In this document: positions 37,201 through 47,720 of the stretch, one piece after another | How positions within the stretch are numbered: position 1 is the first letter of the stretch | How the letters are laid out: each line of letters starts with the position of its first letter | Assembly: GCA_038087875.1 (NCBI GenBank) | Contig: CM075988.1 | Location: forward strand, 4,216,001-4,280,000 | Direction of reading: 5' to 3' | Origin: Malacoraja senta | Lineage: Eukaryota | Length of the DNA: 64,000 nt | Made by a program: the position numbers and the translations under genes | The notes under the pieces: generated by a model | The model's database searches: none | What the model was told of the DNA's origin: nothing | The model's input: the letters and a program-made list of their open reading frames with translations, nothing else

Positions 37201-38341
37201 CAACTCTGCTCAGCAAGTGGACTGGATTGTAATGGAGAGAGAGGACTGCTCCTCTGGAAACATTGGAGCGATCCTCCTCTCACCAATGAAACTGAATAAC
37301 ATAAATTATAATAAAAACCCAATTATACATAGTACAATCAGAACTTGGAAACAAATAAAACAAAATTTAAAATTAAGAAATCTATCGCTTTTATCTCCAA
37401 TAGTTAATAACCCTTTGTTTAATCCCTCTATTACAGACAAATCTTTTATACAATGGGATAGACTAGGAATTAAAATGTTCGGTGATTTGTATGAAACTGG
37501 AAAATTACTATCATTCCAACAACTACAAATAAAATATAAACTGGGAAATAATCAATATTTTAAATATTTTCAAATATGTGACTATCTGAAAAAATATACA
37601 AAAGATCATTATAATATCCCAGCAGATGTATTGGATGAAGCAATGCAGATAAAAGCTGAATCAGCAAACTTAATATCATATTTGTATAATATTATCTTAA
37701 ATGTAGAAATACCATCTACGGAAGGTATTAGAAGAGACTGGGAACAAGAATTAGCTATTAAAATCTCAAAGGAAAGCTGGAATGAACATTTATTAAACGT
37801 GCATAAATGTTCGATTAATGTAAGACACACTTTAATACAATTTAAAATTTTACATAGATTATATTATTAAAAAACTAAAATTAATAACATTTTCCCAAAT
37901 GTATCATCCATTTGTGATAAATGTCAATCTCAAGAAGCTACTATAGCACACTCATTTGTTTTTTGTACAAAAATCCAAACATTTTGGATTGAAATTTTTG
38001 TAATCTTTACAAAATTATTTAAAATAAGACTGATACCAAAAGCATAATGGATTATCTTCAGAACAACGGAAGATAGTCCTGAACTAAATGTGTTTCAAAA
38101 GAAATTAATAGACTATGGATTAATAACTGGAAAAAAGTTAATCCTAAAATTCTGGAAAAATGCTCCAATACCAGCTATAAACATGTGGATTTCAAATATG
38201 TTCGAAACATTACACCTAGAAGAGATAAGACTCCTCCTGGCAGGTAAACCAGATCACTTCCACCTGACATGGTCTGTATTTATAGAATTATTACAAGTAT
38301 ATGGTGCAAAAGTACTTAAAAAAAAAAATGAGGTCAGGTAA
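34204..38341 (+). pseudogene. L1 ORF2 (APE endonuclease + RT + Cys-rich domain), frameshifted after about 36010 and carrying two small inserts
   Basis: SWNIRGI, FLQETH, GGDFN, YSRIDYF, SDHSP, KTPGPDGF, DQTGFI, RQGCSLSP, YADDILL, CDKC..HSF.FC. Confidence 0.95.
36251..36478 (+). mobile_element. Short LINE 3' end inserted in L1 ORF2
   Basis: NSFFPRTIKAWNNL motif and (aaccaag)n tail; L1 LIIE|PLA is split with gaac duplicated. Confidence 0.75.
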
Positions 38342-41300
38342 AGGGGGATGAAAGCTGGAGAGTTGGTATATCCCATTTGCGTGATGCGTATAACAAAGTA
38401 TTTGTTTTTCTCTTTTTCCTCTTTTTATTTTTTCTTGTTCTTTAGGGTCTATCTCTTAATCCTTTCTTTTTAATTTCTTTCTTACAGGGTCTTTGTTCTT
38501 TCTTGTTGTCACGTTTTTACACCTTCACTATTTTCTTTCACTTCTCTTTTTTCTTAATCTTAACCTTTCCTTTTTATTAGTGTAAAAAATGACGGAGTAC
38601 ATTAATTGTAATAATATATACGTGATGAGTATTAATGTAATTGGTTGTAATGTAATGTACTTCTAATAAATAAAAATTAAAATAAAAAAAAATAAAAAAG
38701 AACCAGACCCACCTACCTCCATGGTTACCGGTGGAATTTTCTGTCCCCTGTTTCTGGTGGGAAAGGACATGTTCACCCGTGCCCCTGTTGGAGTGCGCCA
38801 GCTGCGCATATTTGTGAATGGCCGGCTTGGTCCTTGACCTGATCTGGTTTCAGCCAACCGTTTGGAGGGATACTGCCGCCGAAGCGTTCTGCTGGTCATC
38901 GGTGCTTTGATGAGTCCGACCGTTCTTGCCTCGTCGTCCAGCTCCTTGACTCTTTTTGCGAGGTCTTCACCAAACAGCAGATTCGGTGGCTGGATATTGC
39001 TGGGTTTGCACAGAGCGGCGAACTTCGGGTTGATGGTAGGGCGGATGGCACTCTTTCTCAGACAATTTATCTCGAAGTGCACATGAGGGTCAGAGCATCC
39101 TGCTGTACATCAGACAGGTGCCCTCCATCCACCGACCTAGCGAATGCTGTAATGCCCGAGGCGAGCAGCTTCAGCACCCTCTGAAGCCTCATTTCCTGAG
39201 CTCTGATGATCCCAGATGGCATGGTTCACAGCCGGCACTTTGAGCACGACACAATTAGCCGGGGTCTCGTACTTTTAGGACATTTCATCCATAGTAAGTT
39301 CTTGCAGCTGGTGTGAAGCCAAGTAATTAATACTTGCGGCCAACTCTTCACCTAGCGGTTCTCCTGATTCTGTTGGGATGGCAAACCTTGCTGCCAGGAA
39401 CGGTACCTCTGACTCATGCCCTTCATCCCTTGTGGTATGCTCCACAGCTAAACCCACAGACTCGGCGCCAGAATAATACTGACCCCGCATGCTCTCCTCC
39501 TCCAAGAGGGAGACATTAAGCAGCCCTAATTCAGGTGCCGCTGGCGCGGGCTCTCGAAGAGGCCGGCGCTGACACAACTCCTCCTGTTGGAGTGTATCTT
39601 GGTGGAGAATCCTCTCCATTAGGAGCTCTATCCTGGACAACCGTCCAAATATGTTATCCATTACCGGAGGGGAACCCTCCCGGCCCCACTCGTCCGAGTC
39701 AACTGGCCGTGCAGACTTTTTAGAGTCTTTCCGCCCCAAAGGTGCAGCCACGGTGCTCTCTGGCACCAAGTCAGCAGTCGCTGCTCGTACCGCCAGCGAC
39801 TCGGTAGGTGAGCTAGGCGGCCGCCCGCTACCCGCACTCGCACGGGCTTCCATAGCTACTTTCCCGGCGGCTCACCTTGACTTCACCCTCGACGCTTTCT
39901 CCATACTCGAACTTGCTCCTGAAACAAGAATTACCAAGCGCAGAAAATGACCTCCGACTAAGTTTGACACTTACCTGAGGGTTTTTTAAACTTACCGCTG
40001 GAGGAGCACTGCTCCTCCCAGCCGGTCGCTGCGCCATGCGTCAGACGTAATGACACGCATGCAGACTGGCGGGGTCCTTCAGGGAATCACTCACGTGACT
40101 CCGAAGTAAAATTCTGATTTGGGTTAGGTTTCATGCAAGTGCCAGGAATACGAGCAGGAACAACAAGATAGGGGACAGAGTTTGTATTAAAGCATGATGT
40201 TGAAGCACACTCCAATGCATTGCACAGAGATAGATAGATTCTTGATTAGTATGGGTGTCAGGGGTTATGGGCAGACGGCAGGAGTATGGGGCTAGGATGG
40301 AGAGATAGATCAGCCATGATTGAATGGCGGAGTAGACTTAATGGGCCGAATGACCTAATTCTACTCCTATCACTTGTAATCTTATGATCTAATAATGATA
40401 ATAGATCTACCTTGTGCTCCTACCTGGGTTAATAATAATGGTTATTTAATAATGGTTTAACCATCATGGAGTCATAGAAACAGGCCCTTCAGACCAATAT
40501 GCTCCATCTACACATCCCACCTGCCTGCATTTGGCCCATATCCCTCTAAACCTATCCGATCCATTAACCTGCCTAAATGTTTCTTAAATGTTGCGATTGT
40601 ACCTGCCTCAACTACCTCCTCTGGCAGCTCGTTCCATACACCCACCACCCTTTGGTTAAAAGTTACCCCTCAGATTCCTATTAAATCTAACCTCCACCTC
40701 ACCTTAAACTTAAGTCCACTTGTTCTTGATTCCCCTACTCTGGGTAAAAGACTCTGTGCATGTACCCGATCTATTGCTCTCATGATTTTGTACACCTCTA
40801 TAAGATCACCCCTCTGAATAGAGTTCCTGTCTGCTCAACCTCTCCCAATTGCTCAAGGCCTCTAGTCCTGGCGACTTTGTGCAGAACCATTTTCCAGTGC
40901 GCACACCTAAGATGTTTCAATCCTCATTGTGAGCCCAATGACCTACCCACACCCACACAACATGGCCTCGAATGATATGGTGCCTCTGGTGGTGTTGAGG
41001 ATGGGGTCTGCGTGGAAAGAGCTCCACCCACACAACAGCTAAAACAATTGACAGCATAAGCATGTTGGAAGGAACTGCAGATAGACACAAAAAGCTGGAG
41101 TAACTCAGCAGGACAGGCAGCATCTCTGGGTCAAAATGAAATGGGTGATGTTTCTGAGCGAGACCCTTCTTCAGACTGAGAGCATCAGCTAGCTCTCAGA
41201 CACTTCAATCAAAAAACATACTCCATCTCCATTCAAAAGTCAATTAACAAAAAGTTAAAATACTTAAGAACACTTTAAAAAATAAAAACCTTTATGTATA

Positions 41301-41867
41301 TTATTTAATACTTATTTAGTTCACTCACAACAATTCATCTCCATCCAAATGAAAGCAGTTATCCTGACATAACTGTAGGAATAACTATAGCACTAACCTG
41401 TAGTTATGTTGGGACTGAACAGGCACAAGTTCATTTGGTAGAATTAGTGTTGGTTTTTTGTATGATGTTCGTGAGTCACAGAATCATATAACACAGATCC
41501 CTCTGCCCACCGAGTCCACTCTGGCAATAACACCCATCACACTAATCCTACATTGATCCCATTTTATGCTTTCCCCATTCCCATCAACTCCCCGTGGAGA
41601 AAGGCATGGAGGATAGTGAGATCAGTGTGGGGTATATTAACATGTTAGGGCATTTTGTGATCAACAAGAAACTGGTGTTAGTAATCCTGAAGAGCTTTAC
41701 GGTGGATAAGACCCTAGGGCCTGATCAGATTTGTCCCATATTATTTAGAAAGGTAATACAGGAAATCACTGTGGTCTTGATGAACATTTTTAACCTCTCT
41801 AACCATAAATGAGGTCCCAGAGACTGGATTGCCATTAGAATAGATAGAATAGATAGAATAGATTAAT

Positions 41868-42200
41868 AGCACCTCATATTTCACTTGGTCAGCTTACAAC
41901 CTAGAGGAATGTATATTGACTACTCTAACTTTAAATTACTCTTACTTTCCCTCCCTCTCCAACCCTCCCTCATCCTAGTTCCCGGACCAGTCTGACTGTC
42001 CTCCTGATTACATCTTATCTTTGTATGTTTCTTTGTCTTCTTCCCCTAGTTAACAATGGTCTATTCTACATTTTTCTTGATTCTCATCCCCTTTGTTCCC
42101 TCGTTTTCACACCTTACTAATCCATGTCTCTGTGCCTCCCTCTCCCCTGACTCTCAGTCTGAAGAAGAATCTCGACCCGAAATGTCACCCATTCCCTTCC
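41868..42200 (+). mobile_element. PLE 3' end (GIY-YIG last codons + pseudo-LTR + hammerhead motif at 42156-42189)
   Basis: HLIFHLVSLQPRGMYIDYSNFK and agtCTGAAGAagaatctcgacccGAAAtGTCacc. Confidence 0.8.
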
Positions 42201-43042
42201 TCAGACTATCTTCGATCTATTCCTCTCATGATTTTGTACACAAGATGTGGGTTGTGGGAGGAAGTGGGAGCTTCTGGGGAATGGGTGACATTCCCGATCA
42301 CAGAGGGAACGTGCAAGCTCCAGGTATCAGATCGGGAGGCCAGGATTGAAACAATTCACTGGAACCAGGGCCGGCCTTAAGCCAATTGGACCGATTTCTC
42401 CCAATTGGGCCCCGAGCCTAAGGGGGGCCCCGCATTAATTTTCCGTATTTCATACGGAAATACAAATTTGTGAAATAAAATTTTTTATAAAACATTTGCC
42501 ATACGGATTTTTTAACAAAACGAACATGGATAACAACCGCTGCACGGCCATCAGACTCAAATGATTTGTTAACTACTACTGTTAGCACTTGATAACAGCT
42601 AGTAGTTACCAAGCAGTTATACAATGTGTCATCAATGCATTGATCCACATTCCTCAGTAAATGTAATTGTGTTTTGAATAAGTATTAATGACGCTACGTT
42701 CTTTTGAATACAATACACGCGGCGTCATTAATACTGGAACAAAACACAATTACATTTACTGAGGAATGTAGATCGATGCATTGATGAAACATTGAGAATT
42801 TCTTAAAACTCACCATCATGATTGAGGGCTTCTTCTTGGCGAGTTTCTTCTTGGTGTGCCGGTTAGTCATTCAATTTACCTACCGACCCACGTTGTGTCT
42901 CTCTGTCTTTTGCTCTCTCCCTCCCTCTATCTCTCTCACGCTCTCTCTCTCCCGCTCCCCATCTCGTCTCTCTCTAGCTCTCTCACTCCCTCTCCCTCAC
43001 CCTGTTGCCTCAGCATTCCCGGAATAATTGACGTTTTGCGGT

Positions 43043-43246
43043 AGACAAAAATGAGGGAGAAACTCAGCTGGTGAGGCAGCATCTATGGAGTGAAGGAAGT
43101 AGGCAACGTTTCAGGTTGTAACCCTTCCTCAGACCCGGCCCGAAACATTGCCTATTTCCTTCGCTCCATAGATGCTGCCTAACCCGCTGAGTTTCTCCAG
43201 CATTTTTGTCTACCTTCGATTTTCCAGCATCTACAGTTCCTTCTTA
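43043..43246. mobile_element. PLE-derived inverted (hairpin) mini-element nested in the hAT
   Basis: Inverted PLE tails; TSD gacgttttgcggt (43030-43042) / gacattttgcagt (43247-43259), differing only at CpG sites. Confidence 0.8.
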
Positions 43247-43910
43247 GACATTTTGCAGTGACGGCTACATCTGCGGTTCCTTTCTGTTGGGGGGGGGGGG
43301 AGAGTGCTGCCCCGTGGCGGCTCCTGACAAGTGATATGTTCCCTCCGCGGGTGCTGCCTTGCCCGCTGCGTTCCTCCAGCACTCTGTGTTTTTTGTTTGG
43401 ATCTGAAGTTGAAGGTGGACCCCCCTGTGTCTACCTTCAACTCCCTGTCTGTGGTAACTCAGCGGGATAAGCAGGGGCTCTGGGGAGAGGGTTGCGTTTC
43501 TGATTGAGACCCTCCTTCAGACAATCACAAGTACTCTCACCGAAGAGAGTTCAGTTCAGTCTGAAGAAGGGTCTTCTCTCCAGAGTCGCAGTGCTGCCTG
43601 TGCTGCTGAGTTACTGCAGCTTTTGTCTATCCACAATTTCAGAGTTAAATACAATTTCTCATGGGGGGCTTATAGCGTCTAGGCCCCCCCCCCCCCACCC
43701 CCCGCCCCCTTCCTTCCCAACCTCAGCCTCACGGACCTTAGCGAACCGCTAGTTCCTAAAACCCATTTCCATCACTGACCTGGCATATAAATTCATGACA
43801 GTGAGATTTAAAAATCATGTTATATTCTTGTGTGAATGTGATTAGTTTGTTATTTGGATACTTAGGCTATTTTAAAAAAATATCCTTTTCTTAAGAAATG
43901 GAATCTACAG

Positions 43911-44144
43911 GACATTCTTAATGGGAAAGTAGTGGGCAGAAAGGCATGTCATGTGTGGTTTGAAGAGCAAACACTTGCAGTTTACAATGCCAAAATTGAA
44001 AAGTTGAGGAAAAACAAGATGTACAGAGTTGTTTATTGGTTACAATCTGAGGAGTATGATGATGCTACTGATTATGATATGCCAATGTACCAGCCAGCAA
44101 CCGATCTTCTCCATAAAGACCTGGCCTATTGCTTGAAATTGTAA
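43911..44144 (+). pseudogene. Captured coding fragment, probably the C-terminus of a DNA-transposon protein
   Basis: Protein-like open frame DILNGKVVGRKACHVWFEEQ..VYNAKIEK..YRVVYW..YDD..DLLHKDL after a ctacag acceptor; followed by AT-rich sequence ending ...aacattgcta (44639) that resembles a transposon terminus. Confidence 0.45.
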
Positions 44145-46644
44145 TTTATTTACCTCTCTGTTATGGACATACAGCATATAATACAATAATATTAAAGTTC
44201 TGATCTTGAGAATATCACATTTTTGAATTTTCAATGCAGTCTGGGTGTTTATTACTATTTCCGTCACAACGGTCAATTTTGTAATTAGCTACAATTAGGT
44301 AATTAACTAATTATATGCTTTAATTTCAGGTCATTCAAGTAAGATGTTTTATATTTGTTTCAGAATGCTTCAATCTATAATAACTGAAAATGTCATTCAG
44401 TTCTCTTAATTTTTAAGAAAGTTATGGGCTTTTGACTGTCCTCGATCACAGCTTTTGTGTAAATGGAAAAGCAATAGGGAACAAGATGCTAATTTCCAAG
44501 TATGAAAATGGCCATAACGTTTTTAATACGAGATATGAAAGTGAAATTAGGTGTCAAATTAAACTCCTTTTTATGCTTTATCTGATGGGATAAATTGCAG
44601 ACTTGATTTTTAAAATCTCAAAATTTTGTAACATTGCTAGAAAATGTACCTGCACTTGGAGGCCAAAGGTTAGGTTGTTAGCCAAGAAAGATAGACTTTG
44701 TTATCCCTCAGTACAGCAACATCAAAAACGATGTTGCTGTACTGAGGGATAGCCAAGTCTATCCCTCATTGCTAGCAGCTGATGGGAAGCGGCTGTAAAG
44801 TGGGAAGCGGCTGTAAAAGGACAGCGCTGCTGGGGGGGGGGGGGTGGGGAGGAGAGTTCCTTTCACAGCGTGTGGGTAGTCTGGCCAGGGGTAAAGTTGC
44901 GGGGAGGGCAGGAACGTTGAGAAGGAGGGGGTCGGGGATCATGCCAGCATCCAGCTCAAGAGCGGGTCAGCAGGCGATGGATAATAGGACAGCGGGCGGT
45001 GGAGTTTACTCCATGTCAGGGCGAGTAACCTCAATTGATCCCTTGTTTGCGCTGATACAGGAGTAAGCTCCACCGCCCGCTGTGATGTTATCCAACACCC
45101 GCTGACCCACTCCGCTCTATGATCTTTGCTCTTGAGCTGGTCCTCTCACTTCAGATGGAGAGCACTGCCAAAGGTGAACGGGCCGGCAGAAGGCACTGAG
45201 ATGGCGGTCGGTTCCGCTGTCCGGTGATGGCGGCCGCTCGTAGCCACGCGAGCTGCTTCCCTCCCCGGCCACAATGCGGTGGCTCCGCGCCCGGAGCACC
45301 GCGGCAACGGTGAGTGAGTGGGCTACTGGCATGAACTCCGACCCCCTCCTTCTCAATGCTCCTGCCCTCCCCGCAACTTTACCCCTGGCTAGACTTCCCA
45401 CATGCTGTGAAAGGAACTATCCACCCAATTGGTCCCTTGAACTAGTATAGTCATTCAATAAGATGACAACTGATTCAACTTGTCCCGGAGTGCTCACGTT
45501 TTTCCAACCATCTTTCCACCTGCCGTCACCCTCCACCCGCCACCCACCACCCATTCAGTAATTCAGAAAGAAGGAGATTTGGAAGCCTTGGGCAAATTGA
45601 ATTGTTTGCCCAACTTTATTTATTTTTATTTTTTATTTTTACGGAGAGAACAATCTGTGCATGCGCTGTTTAATATATTTTTTAAGCCGACTGACTGTCA
45701 TATTACTCACGACACGTGCCTGAATAGGACTCATTTATAATTATATATTTATATTTCTATGAAAATTGTTCCCAATTGGGCCCCACCCCTCCTAAGGCCG
45801 GCCCTGACTGGAACGGCAAAGCAGCAGCTCCACCCGCTGCAGACATCAGCACCATGTTTGTGGAACAGGAGCCCATGTTCATCATCTTCGTTTTGTCAAG
45901 TAGCAACATTTCAATGAAGTAAAAGTTGGCCTGATGTCAGCCCCGCAGGCTTTCTCAGATGGCAATTTTCAGTCGACATGAAAACTCATCACTAGATACG
46001 TTATGGATATTATTGAGTTCTCTCCAGTCATCACACAGTCAGTATAAGAGTTGTAGAGAGATACAGCACGGAAACAGACCCTTCGCCAACTGACCGTCAA
46101 GCACCCGTTTACTCTAATTCTACCGTATTCTATTCCAACTTTATTCTTTAGACCTTTTTTTAGACTTTTATAGATACGAGGCAGAAACAGGCCCGTTGGC
46201 AAACCTAGTCCGCGCCGACCAGCACTATCCTGAACACTAAGGGCAATTTACTATTTTTTTACCAAAGCCAATTAACCTTAAGTCTTGGGAGTGTGGGGGA
46301 ACCAGAACACCTGGTTCTCTCCATAATATTTTCGACAATATTCTCGCCATATTGTCATCAACAGATTCTACATACTGGAGGCAATTTTACATGGGCCAAT
46401 TAAGCTGCAAACCTGTCAGTGTTTGGGATGTTGGAGGAAACTGGAACACCCGAAGGAAAGCCACATGGACGCAGGGAGAGCATGCTAGCTCCACACAGGC
46501 AGCAACCGAGGTCAGGATCGAACCCCGGTCTCTAGCACTGTGAGGCAGCAGCTCCGCCAGCTGCGCCACTCTGTGCCACCCGTAATACTGGCCAAGCCCT
46601 GTCAAGCACATGCCCAGTTCTAGACTCCCAAAGCAGGCACTCTA

Positions 46645-46880
46645 GTTGCAGCTCCATCGTGGGATGAGATTACCAGACAGACAGATGAAAGGATTCACAG
46701 ATGTTTTAACAGCCTCGTTGAAGAAGGCCTCCATCCTCACTGACCTCTGAGGGATTCTACTTCTTGACCATTCAAAGCGGAGAAGCACTTGGGATGGTAT
46801 CGACAACTTTAAGGGCATGTATTGGGAGCACGCAGAAGCCCTCATATGCAACAGAAGGACCGCACTGCCTCATATACTAA
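46645..46880 (+). mobile_element. RTE-type LINE 3' fragment
   Basis: QMKGFTDVLTASLKKASILTDL.., DHSKRRST.DG, REHAEA-like motifs of the RTE ORF C-terminus. Confidence 0.65.
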
Positions 46881-47182
46881 AAACCCACCTGCCCCCATCA
46901 GTCCTTGCCTTCCCTTTGAAAGACTCTGTAAAATACCTCAAAACCCACCATTCCAGAATAGAAGCAAGTCTTCCTGGATCCCAAGGAACTCCAAAGATGT
47001 ACCGGTCTGAAGCAGGATCTCGACTCGAAATGTCACCCATTCCTTCTCTCCAGAGATGCTGCCTGTCCCGCTGAGTTACTTCAGCATTTCGTGTCTGTCT
47101 TCAGGTTTGTAGGTAAATTGGCTTCTGTAAATTGTAAATTGCTCCTAATGTGTAGGATAGTGCTAGTGTGCTATCACTGGGG

Positions 47183-47720
47183 CAGTGTGTAAGGAGTTAC
47201 TGCAGATGTTGGTTGAAACCAAAGACTGGTTTAAACAGTTTAGCTCCCCTTCCCATTCCCACACTTACCTTTCTGTCCTGAGCCTCCTCCATTGTCCAAA
47301 TGAGGTCAAACGTAAATTGGAGGAACATCACCTCATATTTCGCTTGGGCAGCTCTCAACTCAGCCGTATGCTTATTGATTTCTCTACATTCAAGTAACCA
47401 TTGCATCCCCTCTCTCTCCATCCCTCCCCCACCCTACTCATCATACTAGTTTTACCGTCGTCCTGTTTAGTTCCTCTGTCTGTTTACTGATTGTCATCTA
47501 TCCCACACCCAACAATGGCCTATTGTGTGCCCCATATTTCCTTGATTATCGTTGCTTTTTGCAGATCTTCCATTCATTTCTCCTAGGTACCGTCAACATC
47601 TCTCGTTGCCCTTTCCCCTGACTCTCAGTCCGAAGAAAGGTCTTTCCGTGAAACATCAGCCATTTCTTTTCTCCAGAGATGCTGCCTGACCCACTGAGTT
47701 ACTGCACCACTTTGTGTTTG
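47183..47720 (+). mobile_element. 5'-truncated Penelope-like element with a short inverted head
   Basis: FSSPSHSHTYLSVLSLLHCPNEVKRKLEEHHLIFRLGSSQLSRMLIDFSTFK* (GIY-YIG C-terminus), pseudo-LTR with degenerate hammerhead at about 47628-47660, TSD ctatcactgggg / ccatcactaggg. Confidence 0.85.

Larger units (their letters stand above)
32043..38699 (+). mobile_element. Full-length L1 LINE (about 6.65 kb), inactivated
   Basis: gacttcc 5' end, CpG-rich 5' UTR, ORF1, long spacer, ORF2, T-rich 3' UTR, AATAAA and A-rich tail. Confidence 0.95.
31500..40112 (-). mobile_element. DIRS1-type retrotransposon copy 2: gag half and 3' end retained, RT/RH/YR replaced by an L1
   Basis: 5' end at 40112, gag frames 39904-38700 (HFEINCLRKSAIRPTINPKFA), YR last codons AHSILSSVS* at about 32042-32012, ICR 31724-31838, right terminus 31500-31612. 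Confidence 0.92.
42366..45806. mobile_element. Non-autonomous hAT transposon (Tip100/MER45-like ends), composite, 3.44 kb
   Basis: 14-bp perfect TIR cagggccggcctta / taaggccggccctg, perfect 8-bp TSD actggaac (42358-42365, 45807-45814), subterminal cccaattgggcccc at both ends; splits a minus-strand SINE. Confidence 0.92.

Noticed and set aside
42733..42740. Third actggaac matching the hAT TSD
   Set aside because: Lies inside a hairpin arm with no adjacent TIR; treated as coincidence
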